Shown piece after piece: positions 19,907 to 30,430 of a stretch of 64,000 bases of DNA. This DNA is from an uncultured Phycisphaerales bacterium (GTDB taxonomy: Bacteria; Planctomycetota; Phycisphaerae; Sedimentisphaerales; Anaerobacaceae), in assembly GCA_963772725.1 (NCBI GenBank), contig CAVYYI010000001.1, positions 160,001 to 224,000 of the forward strand, given 5' to 3'. Within the stretch, counting starts at the first letter, position 1. Every line of letters begins with the position of its first letter. The translations under genes were made by a program, and so were the position numbers. The notes below the pieces were generated by a model. The model saw nothing but the letters and a program-made list of their open reading frames with translations, did not search any database and was not told the origin of the DNA.

Positions 19907-20347
19907 TTAGCCACAGATTTCACTGATTTCACAGATTAAAAAATGAGTGAATATCAATATGAACAATTAACTGGACAGATTATTAATTCAGCTCATAAGG
20001 TTCATAATGCCCTTGGCTACGGTTTTCTTGAAAAAATATACCACAATGCATTGCTTGTCGAATTAAAAGACCGAGGCATTAAGGTTGAAACTCAAAGGCC
20101 TATAACAGTTTATTATTCGGAACGTATCGTTGGCGAATATTTTGCTGATATTATTGTGGATGGTAAAGTTATCGTTGAAATTAAAAGTGTTGAAGGATTA
20201 AACAGCACTTTTGAGGCTCAATTACTTAATTATCCAAAAGCAACAGGACTTACAGTTGGCCTGATTATTAATTTTGGCCCCTCCGTTCAGGTCAAGCGTA
20301 TGGTATTATAAATTAAATCTGTGTTTATCTGTGAAATCTGTGGCTAA
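19907..20347. repeat. Inverted repeats flanking the GxxExxY gene
   Basis: TTAGCCACAGATTTCAC (19907-19923) is the perfect reverse complement of 20331-20347; imperfect match extends to about 31 bp. Confidence 0.85.
19943..20311 (+). CDS. GxxExxY protein (PD-(D/E)XK nuclease superfamily)
   Basis: LGYGFLEKIY, ADIIV...VIVEIK, AQLLNY, GLIINF. Confidence 0.93.
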   Translation: MSEYQYEQLTGQIINSAHKVHNALGYGFLEKIYHNALLVELKDRGIKVETQRPITVYYSERIVGEYFADIIVDGKVIVEIKSVEGLNSTFEAQLLNYPKATGLTVGLIINFGPSVQVKRMVL

Positions 20348-20369
20348 CTGAATTCGTGGTTAAGAATAT

Positions 20370-21362
20370 ATGCTCGAACAATTCGATAAAATTGGTAAAG
20401 ATGCACTTGAAGCGCTGAAAAAAGTAACCGATACTTCATCTCTCGAAGAGTTTCGCATAAAATACCTCTCCCGAAAAGGTCTGGTTACGGATATGCTCAG
20501 CCAGATAGGGCGGTTTCCGTCTGAGCTAAAGCCGCAGGCGGGTCAGCTTGCCAATAAGATAAAAAAGGAAGTGACGCAGGCGTTTGAGCAGCTTCGTGAA
20601 GAAGTATCACAAAAGACTGTGAGCAAGTCGCAGGATCTGATTGATATTACGCTGCCGGGGCTAAAGATTAATACCGGCAGGCCTCATGTGATTACTCAGA
20701 CTGTTAATGAATTGCTGGAAATATTCGGCAGGATGGGGTTTACTGTGGCGTACGGGCCGGAGGTCGAGGATGAATGGCACAATTTCATCGCATTGAATAT
20801 ACCGCAGGAGCATCCGGCGAGGGACCCTTTAGATAATTTTTATATCGACGATAAAAGACTTCTTCGCAGCCAGACATCGACAATTCAGATTCGCGTAATG
20901 GAGACAACCAAGCCGCCGATACGTGTGGTCGCTCCGGGAAGAGTTTATCGGCCGGATACGGTTGATGCGCGGCACATGTTTATGTTTCATCAGCTTGAGG
21001 CTTTGGTGGTGGATGAGGGGGTGACAATGGTTGATATGAAGACCGCGATCGACCAGTTTATTCACGCGTTTTACGGTCATGATGTCAAGTGGCGATTCAG
21101 GCCGAGCTTTTTCCCGTTTACTGAACCCAGTGCTGAGATTGATTTGCTTTGGGTTGATAAGGACGGCAAGGAAAGCTGGATAGAGATGGGCGGGTGCGGA
21201 ATGGTTGACCCCAACGTATTTGACGCGGTTGGGATTGACAGTGAAAAATATACAGGCTGGGCGTTCGGTTTCGGCATCGAGAGGCTTGCTATGCGGAAAT
21301 ACGGCATTACGGATATTCGTCTGTTGTTTGAAAACGACCTGCGCTTTCTCGAACAATTCTAA
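20370..21362 (+). CDS. pheS: Phenylalanine--tRNA ligase alpha subunit
   Basis: HPARD, LLRSQTS, FHQLE, FFPFTEPS, GCGMV, AFGFGIERL. Confidence 0.97.
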   Translation: MLEQFDKIGKDALEALKKVTDTSSLEEFRIKYLSRKGLVTDMLSQIGRFPSELKPQAGQLANKIKKEVTQAFEQLREEVSQKTVSKSQDLIDITLPGLKINTGRPHVITQTVNELLEIFGRMGFTVAYGPEVEDEWHNFIALNIPQEHPARDPLDNFYIDDKRLLRSQTSTIQIRVMETTKPPIRVVAPGRVYRPDTVDARHMFMFHQLEALVVDEGVTMVDMKTAIDQFIHAFYGHDVKWRFRPSFFPFTEPSAEIDLLWVDKDGKESWIEMGGCGMVDPNVFDAVGIDSEKYTGWAFGFGIERLAMRKYGITDIRLLFENDLRFLEQF

Positions 21363-21504
21363 ATTATTAACCGCAGAGGTTGCTGAGTTCGCAGAGAAAA
21401 AGTTGGACACAGATTTGCACGGAATTTTTTTTAGACACGGATTAACGCCGATTAACACTGTTTTTTGTAGTTTTTGATTGACGAGAAATAGAAAAATATT
21501 AATT

Positions 21505-21732
21505 ATGAGCAAAGAAAGTATGAACCCGCAAGAACGTGCTCCAGGCTGGGACATCCGATGTTTGAAGTGTGGATTTACCGAAGAATGGGGTAAATATGGG
21601 ATTCGTAAATGGGCGGTAGGCAAGAGCTACACAATCGGGTGGTGTTCCAAGTGCCACTGGGTTCGATGTCATGTGATTGAGAAGAAAAAAGCAACCGTCC
21701 GACCAAACACAGATGAGAATAATGGGGGATGA
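21505..21732 (+). CDS. Small putative zinc-ribbon protein
   Basis: CLKC and CSKC pairs in a 75-aa ORF. Confidence 0.55.
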   Translation: MSKESMNPQERAPGWDIRCLKCGFTEEWGKYGIRKWAVGKSYTIGWCSKCHWVRCHVIEKKKATVRPNTDENNGG

Positions 21733-21736
21733 TAAT

Positions 21737-22576
21737 TTATTTTCCGAGGATGGAGATGCCGAGCTGGTCGGCGAGTTTGATAGTTTCCGGTTTGTCGAGG
21801 ATGATTGTTTTATCAGCTTCGACGACGAGGCATTTTCCGCCATTTGAGGCGAGGCTTTTTATAGTGTCGGCGCCGACGCAGGGGACATCGAAACGCATAT
21901 CCTGATTTGTCTTTGATACTTTAATGAGGGTCCAGTTCCCTTTTTTGCAGTACTGGCCGGCACGTTCAATCATTTTAGCGGTGCCTTCGATGGCTTCGAC
22001 TGCCAGGATTTCTCTTTCCTTTACGGCGATGGCCTGGCCGATATCCATTTCGCTGAGTTTTTTGACGATGGGCCATCCGAAGTCGATATCGCTGAGAAAA
22101 GTCTGGGCAGGCTGATTTTTGGTCATAACACCTTTTGTTGCGAGATGTTCTTTGCAGTACATTGTGGAATCCTCCAGGATAATACCGCCTGATGCCAGTT
22201 CTTCGGCAAGGGCGTTTAAAAGGGTTTCATTTTGTTTGTTTTTATTTCTCAGCCGCCAGTACCAGATTCTTATTGCCCGCCAGTCGGGCAGATAGCGGAC
22301 GATTCGCCAGGGTGTGAAGATACGGTTTTTTGCGACGCTGCCTACCATTATAGTACTGGATACGCCGTGTTTTTTAAGTTTTCGCATCCAGTTTCCTGGC
22401 CTGGCCAGCGGCACGGTATAGAAAATATCCACCTTATCGGCGAGGGATGGTTCGGCATTATCTATCAGACCGACACAGACGACTTTGTGGCCGCTTTGTT
22501 TTGCGCCCGCGGCAACGAGAAAGGGGAGTCTGCCCTGACCTGCGATTAATCCTATTATATTCTGCTGTGTAGGCAT
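21737..22576 (-). CDS. lpxI: UDP-2,3-diacylglucosamine diphosphatase LpxI
   Basis: GLIAGQGRLP, DIGQA, AVEAIEGT, QDMRFDVP. Confidence 0.92.
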   Translation of the reverse strand: MPTQQNIIGLIAGQGRLPFLVAAGAKQSGHKVVCVGLIDNAEPSLADKVDIFYTVPLARPGNWMRKLKKHGVSSTIMVGSVAKNRIFTPWRIVRYLPDWRAIRIWYWRLRNKNKQNETLLNALAEELASGGIILEDSTMYCKEHLATKGVMTKNQPAQTFLSDIDFGWPIVKKLSEMDIGQAIAVKEREILAVEAIEGTAKMIERAGQYCKKGNWTLIKVSKTNQDMRFDVPCVGADTIKSLASNGGKCLVVEADKTIILDKPETIKLADQLGISILGK

Positions 22577-22706
22577 AATTTTAGAGAAACCAAACCCTAA
22601 GCACTAATTACTAAATCCTAAACAAATTCAAAATCAAAAAAATAGAAGCCAGAATTCAGAAACCAGAATAAAATTTCAAATTCCTCTGTGACCTCTGTGG
22701 CTGATG

Positions 22707-23735
22707 TTATTCAGGTTTCTCAAGATTGGTAAGGCGTTCTTCGATTTTGCGAATAGTTTTTCTCATCTCAGGAAGCGCTTTGATCAGCGCATAAGCCCGC
22801 CTTGCTTTGCTTGCCTCGATTGCTGGCACTCCGACAATAATTTTGCCATCCTCAACATCGTTAATTACGCCAGCCTGTGCGCCAATCATAACGCCGTTAC
22901 CGACTGTGATATGACCAACGATGCCGGCCTGCCCTCCAGCGACGCAGTGATGGCCGAGCGTGGCTGAACCGGCGATTCCAACCTGAGCGACGAGGAGACA
23001 GTAGGGTCCGACTTTTGTGCCGTGACCTATCGCCACCATGTCGCCGATTTTGCTTCCTTTTCCGATGATGGTATTATCAAGAGTTCCTCGTTCGATGCCG
23101 CAACCTGAACCGATTTCCACTTCGTCTTCGATAATTACTGAACCGATATGAGGAATCTTGTGGTGTTGACCTTTGTGTGTGGCGAAACCAAAGCCATCTT
23201 CGCCGATGGTGGCGTTTGCCTGGAGAATTACTTTGCTGCCGATTCTGCACTTATCGTAAATCACGACGTTTGGGTAGAGGATGCAGTCGCTGCCTATTTC
23301 GGTATCGGGGCCGATGAATACGCCGGGGTAAAGGACGCAGTTTTCGCCGATTTTAACGTTGTCGCTGATTGTTACAAAGTCGTGGATGTCGCAGTTTTTG
23401 CCAATGACTGCGGTTTTGGCAATTGAGGCTTTTGGGCTGATGCCGGTTTTTTTATGTTGGCGATGGCCGTGCAGAAGAATGACAATCTGGCAAAAGGCGT
23501 AGTAGGGATCCTGTGCTATGAGCAGGGCGGCTGAGGTTTTGCTTTCCCTGCCGACTACCACGGCGCTTGCCTTTGTGGTCTGAAGGTGGTTAGCGTATTT
23601 AGGGTTGCTTAAAAAGCTAATATCACCCTGGCCGGCGGTTTCCAATGTCGCGGCAGAGCTGATTTGTATTTCGGGGTCACCATAAACTTTGCCGCTGACG
23701 TATTCAGCCAGTTCGCCCAGTTTTTTTGTTTGCAT
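22707..23735 (-). CDS. lpxD: UDP-3-O-acylglucosamine N-acyltransferase
   Basis: ISFLSNPKY, DPYYAF, hexapeptide repeats, DGFGF, KIPHIGSV. Confidence 0.95.
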   Translation of the reverse strand: MQTKKLGELAEYVSGKVYGDPEIQISSAATLETAGQGDISFLSNPKYANHLQTTKASAVVVGRESKTSAALLIAQDPYYAFCQIVILLHGHRQHKKTGISPKASIAKTAVIGKNCDIHDFVTISDNVKIGENCVLYPGVFIGPDTEIGSDCILYPNVVIYDKCRIGSKVILQANATIGEDGFGFATHKGQHHKIPHIGSVIIEDEVEIGSGCGIERGTLDNTIIGKGSKIGDMVAIGHGTKVGPYCLLVAQVGIAGSATLGHHCVAGGQAGIVGHITVGNGVMIGAQAGVINDVEDGKIIVGVPAIEASKARRAYALIKALPEMRKTIRKIEERLTNLEKPE

Positions 23736-23920
23736 GTAAAATCCTTAAGTTTTTATCTTTTAGTTAATTATTATATCAAAAAGCTGGTCGCGGTCAACTA
23801 ATCTGTGCCGTGTAAATGCCGTGTAAAAAGGTTGCATTTTTATCGGATAAATGTTAATTTGATGTAAAAGAAGCCTGACTCTTGAAGTTGGAAGGTTGCT
23901 GGTAGGAGATGCGATAGGAT

Positions 23921-24685
23921 ATGTTTGAAAACAAAAAGGTTGTGGTGGTAATGCCTGCGTATAACGCGGCGCAGACGCTTCGCAAGACTTATGACGAGGT
24001 AATGGCACAGAAGGTTGTTGACCTTGTCATTGTTGTTGATGATGCCAGCAGGGACGAGACGACGGCTATAGCGGCGAAACTGCCGAACGCAATTGTTCAT
24101 ACGCATCCGGCCAATCGCGGTTACGGCGGCAATCAGAAATCGTGCTATAAGCTCGCGCTGCAGCAGGGGGCTGATATCGTTATTATGGTTCATCCGGATT
24201 ATCAATATACGCCGCTGCTGATTCCGGCGATGGCGTCAATGATTGGTAACGGGCTGTATCATTGTGTGCTTGGTTCGAGAATTCTGGGCGGGCACGCTTT
24301 TAAGGATGGGATGCCCTGGTGGAAATATGTCGCCAATAGATTTTTAACTCTGGCGGAAAATATTTTGCTTGGGGCAAAACTTTCAGAATATCACACGGGT
24401 TATCGCGCGTTTTCACGGGAGCTGCTGGAAAAGCTGCCTTTGGAGACCAACTCCGATGATTTTATTTTTGATAATCAGATGATAGCGCAGATATTATGGC
24501 AGGGGTATATAATCGCTGAGGTGAGCTGTCCGACAAAGTATTTTGCGGAGGCGTCTTCTATAAATTTCAACAGGAGTTTGAAATATGGGTTCGGGTGTCT
24601 ATTCACAGGTTTGAAGTTCAGACTGGCCAAGATGAAACTGCTTAAATCAAAACTGTTTACTGGAAATGGTCAAAACGTCAGATAA
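23921..24685 (+). CDS. Glycosyltransferase family 2 (DPM1-like)
   Basis: VVMPAYN, VDDAS, NRGYGGNQK, HPDYQY, GSR, HTGYRAF. Confidence 0.93.
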   Translation: MFENKKVVVVMPAYNAAQTLRKTYDEVMAQKVVDLVIVVDDASRDETTAIAAKLPNAIVHTHPANRGYGGNQKSCYKLALQQGADIVIMVHPDYQYTPLLIPAMASMIGNGLYHCVLGSRILGGHAFKDGMPWWKYVANRFLTLAENILLGAKLSEYHTGYRAFSRELLEKLPLETNSDDFIFDNQMIAQILWQGYIIAEVSCPTKYFAEASSINFNRSLKYGFGCLFTGLKFRLAKMKLLKSKLFTGNGQNVR

Positions 24686-24857
24686 GTATCAAGTTGTTAA
24701 TGTCATCCAGAAGGAAAAGGCTGAGTGGGTTGCCGCTCGGCCTTTATAATTCTCAGCAATCACCTATGTTATCGTTGGGGACGAAATGTAAACCAAAAAT
24801 TGCAAATTAGAGTTGAAAAATGGATTTGGAACGGTTACTCTGTAGTTTTGAAGTTCC

Positions 24858-24944
24858 GGAGAGGTGTCGGAGCGGCTGATCGAGCAGGCTTGGAAAGTCT
24901 GTGTAGGGCTTTATCTACCGCGGGTTCGAATCCCGCCCTCTCCG
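24858..24944 (+). tRNA. tRNA-Ser(GGA)
   Basis: GGAGAGG/CCTCTCC acceptor stem, CAGGC-TTGGAAA-GTCTG anticodon arm, long variable arm, T arm. Confidence 0.97.
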
Positions 24945-25039
24945 TTGATTTTGGGGATGTCTTTTATAAGCACTTGAATTTACGTGGGTTACAGAACAGC
25001 TTTTTCTGAAATATGCCCGAGTGTCATAGGATTGTCCTA

Positions 25040-25175
25040 CTTTTCTCTTGTTGCTGTTAAAACTTAAGCTGTTCATCGCAGCCTGATGATGTTAGGGCAT
25101 TCATTGTAAAATACATATCCAGTATTGCACTGGACGAGTGACCCATTCATTCCAGGACATACTTGCAGGACAATA
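25040..25175 (-). pseudogene. Remnant of a tyrosine integrase C-terminus
   Basis: KYVLE*MGHSSSAILDMYFTMN...QAAMNSL aligns with RKALSWLGHSSSEMLDLYYHLH...QNAMMEL of the integrase at 3501-4787. Confidence 0.75.
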
Positions 25176-25233
25176 TGACTCACAATGTTCTTGATAAAAT
25201 TATTGACGGAAAGTATCAATTTGCAGGGGAAAA

Positions 25234-27342
25234 TTATTCCTGCGGCTTTATTAATGGTATAAATTTCATTTGTGGACGTTTATGTAATTGTGCAGTATAA
25301 ACAGCGTCTTTATAGAACTTTTCCTGTCCTCGTAATTTTTTATTTGAATCAGTTTTACGTTTATAAGTTCCGTCTGCCATCATTTGATGGGCTTTTGTGT
25401 TGTCTGCAAAGAAGGTTTTGAGAATGTTTTCCAGTCTCTCGCGAAGCTTTGGCGAGGTTACCTGGAAGAAAGTTTCCAGTCTTTTATCGATATTTCTACT
25501 CATCCAGTCGGCACTGGAGAGATAAATTTCACTGTGCCCGCCATTTGAGAAATATAAAATTCTGCCGTGCTCAAGATAACGGTCCACAATCGAGACAACC
25601 TCAATGTTTTCTGAAGTTTTCTTCAGGCCAGGCCTCAGACAGCATATTCCTCTGACATTCAAAAGCACCTTGACTCCAGCCTGAGCTGCCCGGTAAAGAG
25701 CCTGACAGATTTTTTTATCCTCCAGAGAATTTATCTTAGCCATTATCAATCCGGGCCTGTCAGGAGTTGATACATGAATCTCCCTGTTGATAAGGTCCTC
25801 TAATTTCCTTCTGAGGTCCGTAGGCGCTATTGTGAGTTTGGACCAGCCGACTATTCCTGAAGAACCCGTCAAAAGATTGAAAAAGGCACTGACATCGCAA
25901 GTAAGGTCATTATCAGATGTCAGCAGAGCAATATCGGAATATAATTTTGCGGTTTTTTCATTATAGTTTCCCGTAGATAAATGCGCATATCGGCGTATGC
26001 GGCCGTTCTCACGACGGATTATCAGCATTGCCTTTGCGTGGGTTTTTAGCCTCGCAACACCGTATATCACGCGACAACCGGTGTCTTCGAGTCTTCTTGC
26101 CCAATTGATATTACGGTCTTCATCGAAACGTGCTTTTAACTCTACCAGCACAGTAACTTCCTTGCCGTTTTCTCCGGCAGTTTGAAGGGCCTTTACAATC
26201 GACGAATCAGAACTTGTTCGATATAAAGTTTGTTTTATTGCCAGCACATCCGGGTCAACCGATGCCTGCTGAAGCAGATTGACAACCGGCTCGAAACTTT
26301 CGTAGGGATGGAATAATAACACATCCCGCTGCTGGAGTGTCTGCCATATATCCTGTGAATCCAGAATGTCCCTGGGGGTTTGCGGCGGCCAATCAGGCGT
26401 CTTAAGTTTTTCAAAATTCGGGATTGTAACTAACTTCATCAGGGCCGCACCATCTAAAATACCGTCAATTTCATATATATAATCAGATTCGAGCTTAAGC
26501 CAGCCAACAAGCCAACTTTTGATAGAGTAATCCGGATTTGCGGATATTTCAAGGCGAACTGCATTCGTCGCCTTCTTTCAAGGACAGCCTGCTCTATCAT
26601 ACCGAGAAGGTCCGCAGCCTCGTCCGCCTGCACGGTAACATCCGCGTCTCTGGTAATTCTTACACAGGCGCTTCCAAGTATTTCCCATTCTTCGAATAAC
26701 AATCTTGCGTTATCTGCGATAATATCTTCCAGAAGAGCATAACTGACAGATTGTTCCGATGGTATTTGCACAAATCGGTCAAGTATGACCGGTACAGGTA
26801 TTATGACAATCTTTTTAACGGTTTCTCCAGCCTTTTTCGATTGAATATTAACTGCGACATTTAAGTGTCTGCCCGGTAAAAGCGGACAGGGTTCAAGTTC
26901 CTGCATCGAAAGAGGAGTCAGAACAGCAATAACCTCATTTTTAAAATAATTCTCCAGAAATATTTTCTGCTCAACCGTCCAGTCGTCTCTTTGAGTTATA
27001 AACAAGCCTTGTTCCTTGAGCTTTCCCATAACGTCTTTTACTGCACGGTTGAGTGTCAATCATTTTGTGGACTCTCAGGTTTATATGCTTTAGCTGCTGG
27101 GTAGGCGTTAAGCCGCTTTTATCGCGTTTTCGAATCCCTGCGGCTGTCTGCTGGACAAGCCCTGCCACACGAATCATAAAAAATTCATCAAGGTTAGAGC
27201 TTACAATTGATAAAAACTTAAGCCTCTCGAGCAAAGGAAGTTCTTCGAGTCCTTCCAGTAAAACTCTGTGGTTAAATTCCAACCAACTCAGTTCACGGTT
27301 TACAAACAGATGCGGCGAGTTGAATTTTATGTTCTTATCCAT
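25234..27342 (-). CDS. ppk1: Polyphosphate kinase 1 (frameshifted)
   Basis: [64 protein letters not shown]. Confidence 0.93.
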
Positions 27343-27349
27343 ATATTTT

Positions 27350-28882
27350 TTTAATCTTCTTCCAAATTTGGCATTTAAACAAAAAATATCCTCGAACATA
27401 TCGCTTTGGGCGGCAAAAGTTTTCCTTTTAAACGCCAAATCCGGCATACCCGGAATGGATACAATTAAATTATCGCTGTCCAACCTGCATTTCATGCGTT
27501 CAGGTTCTATGTTGTGACCGGCATCCAATGCCTCTGCCATCCTGAGCAGTGCTGCCAACTTATTAACGATAATTCTGTTTTCTCTTGTTAGTGACATATA
27601 TTCTATGTGCGTTGTTTTCGGCTTACACACCGATGATACCTCGCAATATTTGCTACAATTGCCACTTCGCTCTGTGTGAGACCGAATATTTCAGTATTCA
27701 TAATTAAATACTGTGAGTGTTTATGGAAAGCTTTTGGTGATATAAATGTACCTACTTCATGTAATAACGCAGCTGTCTCCAAAAATATCCTGTGTCTGAA
27801 CTGCAGCCCGTGTTCGTTCTGAAGGGCATCGAAAAGTCGAACTGCGATTTCTCTGACCCTATTGGAGTGTTCAATGTCAACTTTGTATTTTTCTGCAATA
27901 GTCATCGCAGAATGAATTATACCTTTAGTTAATATCCGGTCTTCCTGACCTGTTATGCGCCGTGCTAAATCCTGCAGCAAACCCTCTCTCATAGAGGTAA
28001 ACAAGACTGTCAGTTCCTTTGCCCTGGTCGAATTCAGCAGCACCTGATATACTAAAAGAGCTGCGTTTAAGGTTTCGGCATCTGTAAATTCGATATCATA
28101 GAAAGCAGCGAGCTGCTGTGATGTTTTGGTCCTGACCTTATCAACCAGCTTATTAAACATTGCTTTGGGAATGGTGTTAAGCTCTATGCCCTTTAGTTTT
28201 GTGCCGGCGTGTCTGGCGGCAAAGATCTGGCATCGCACGGCGGAAAAAATTCTGTATCTTTTTGAGGGACATAAAACTTTCTATCAAGGCATGATATTTA
28301 GTATTTCATTATGAATGAGTTTTGAATCCAAAGAATCACCACCTGCAAGAACTTCCTGAAGCCGAATCGAACCCAGATACAAACTTTGCGAGGCCACAAT
28401 TTCGCCCTTTTCAAGAAACGTCAAAATTGTGCTTCCGCCGCCTACTTCAGCTATAAGTGTGTTTTTGCTGCTCTTCTCCAGCAAATCACCGAGGGTATTT
28501 TGAATCGCCGAAACAGTAAGTCTGCCTTCTTCAGAAGTGTCAATCACCTCAATTCCAAGTCCTGTAGCCATCATCGCTCTGTCAATCAGGATATCGGCAT
28601 TGCCGGCTTCTCGAACCGCGCTTGTTGCTACTACCCGCACATGCTTTACATTGTATAATTTCAATACCTTTTGATATTCTCTTAGAATTGATATAACGGT
28701 ACGAATTGCATTTCTGCTGAGCTTGCCGTTTTTGAATGTATCCTGCCCCAGGTGAACCGCCTTACGAAATCTTTCCAGTATCTCAACTTTGCCGTCCGGC
28801 AAAAGCTGGCCTAATAACATTCGGATGGAATTAGAGCCTATATCAATAGCTGAAGAGTTATATTCTCGGCTGTACCGGTCAT
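27350..28882 (-). CDS. ppx: Ppx/GppA exopolyphosphatase with HD domain (frameshifted; ends approximate)
   Basis: [46 protein letters not shown]. Confidence 0.88.
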
Positions 28883-29077
28883 CTCCAAATCCTCCGAAAC
28901 AGGATAACAACGTGATCCCATTTATCACTTTGGGCTTCAAAAGGAATTATACAATTCCCCGCCTTTGTCCGTTTGTAATGTCCATAGACCATATATCTAT
29001 TTATGTTTATTTTAGACTCGTAAAATTACCATTACAAAATTGTTTAGATTCTGTTAATAATCTTGGTTATTTACATC

Positions 29078-30430
29078 CTATTTGAATGCCTCTATTATAA
29101 TATCTTTATTAAAAATATTCCTCATTAAATCAGCTTTCTGTTGAGCAGCATCGATTTCCTGGATAACCGGGCCGCTTGCATCAATCCTTATAAAAAGCTT
29201 ATCCGCGGTTACTTTGCATTTCACATCCCTGACGAGGTTCATATAACTTCTGTCGAGACCGTCAGCTATTCTTAATATACCAGCAAGCACAGAAACAATG
29301 CGTTGGTCTTGCGGGGTTAAATTATAATAATGTTTATGCGAAGATTTAGGCAAGGCTCTCCGATGGTATCTGGAGATAAGGCCTATTATTGACCGTTGGC
29401 GCAAATCAAAAGGCAGATTCGTTGCCTTGATTATCATATTCAACGAGGTCTTGTGATGAGCTTTTTGCCCCTTTATCCAGCCGATGTCGTGAAGCAATGC
29501 GCCACATTGAAGATAGAATTTTTTCTGCTCTGAGAATTTATGAAGCTCTTTCAGTTCGTCAAAAAGTCTAAGTGCAAGTTTCGTCACCTGCAGAGTATGT
29601 TTTTCAGGGTAACGACAGTTTTCTGCAAATTCTACTACTGAGTCAAGCTGTTCATTCTGCTGTTTCTGAGACAGACTGGCCGAGCCTTTATTTAATTGTG
29701 TAAGATTTTTCCCCTCACGAAGCATCCTAACGAAGTCTTCCGGCAGTTTTTCCTTACGTATTGCACGAATTGTTTTTTCCATATCATATTCAACTGAGTA
29801 ATTCTCTACATTCACGGATTTATCAGCAAACTTTAAAATGGCGTAAGTCGCTCTGCCGTCCGTACCCTCAGGCCGGCCTACACTGCCTGGATTTATGAAA
29901 AAGGTTTTTCCAGTTCTTTTCGAAAAAACAAGATGTGAATGTCCGCTTAAAACAACATCAGCATTTGCCAAAGCCGCTAATTCTTCCAGCCGCTGCGATG
30001 TTGTTTCTGAACATATGTATTCTTCATTGGAAGCAGGACTGCCGTGCGTTAGAAGTACTTTTAGTCCATTAACTTTGAGGCATATCTGCTCCGGCAAAGA
30101 GGCAAGGTATTTGCGGTTTTGCGAGGTTAATTTTTCGTATGTCCATTCAAAAGCTCTATATTTTTCTGGGGCTTTTTTCTGTTTCCATTTCACCTTGTTT
30201 TTTTCAAAAGAAAGAACTTTTAAATCGTAATTACCAATAATGCTTACCGCCCCTAACCGGCGTAACAAATCTATCACCTCGTTTGGAAAAGGATTGTAAC
30301 CCACAAAGTCACCGACATTCCAAATCTCGCGATAATTATTCTTGGCGGTATCATTGAGAACAGCTTTTAATGCCGGCAGATTCGCATGGACATCCCCTAT
30401 CAGCAGTATTTTCTTGGATTTTTGCTTCAT
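29078..30430 (-). CDS. YfcE-type metallophosphoesterase fused to a Ppx-like HD domain
   Basis: GDVHAN, GDFVGY, GNYD, THGSP, GHSH, NPGSVG; C-terminal LLHDIG, HHK, RYHR, RIADGLD. Confidence 0.88.
   Translation of the reverse strand: MKQKSKKILLIGDVHANLPALKAVLNDTAKNNYREIWNVGDFVGYNPFPNEVIDLLRRLGAVSIIGNYDLKVLSFEKNKVKWKQKKAPEKYRAFEWTYEKLTSQNRKYLASLPEQICLKVNGLKVLLTHGSPASNEEYICSETTSQRLEELAALANADVVLSGHSHLVFSKRTGKTFFINPGSVGRPEGTDGRATYAILKFADKSVNVENYSVEYDMEKTIRAIRKEKLPEDFVRMLREGKNLTQLNKGSASLSQKQQNEQLDSVVEFAENCRYPEKHTLQVTKLALRLFDELKELHKFSEQKKFYLQCGALLHDIGWIKGQKAHHKTSLNMIIKATNLPFDLRQRSIIGLISRYHRRALPKSSHKHYYNLTPQDQRIVSVLAGILRIADGLDRSYMNLVRDVKCKVTADKLFIRIDASGPVIQEIDAAQQKADLMRNIFNKDIIIEAFK

Noticed and set aside
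24725..25009. 94-aa ORF across tRNA-Ser(GGA)
   Set aside because: Spurious translation of the tRNA.
26971..27630. Ppx-Ppk1 fusion protein
   Set aside because: The apparent fusion most likely comes from an indel near the ppx end; ppk1 has its own Met at 27342.
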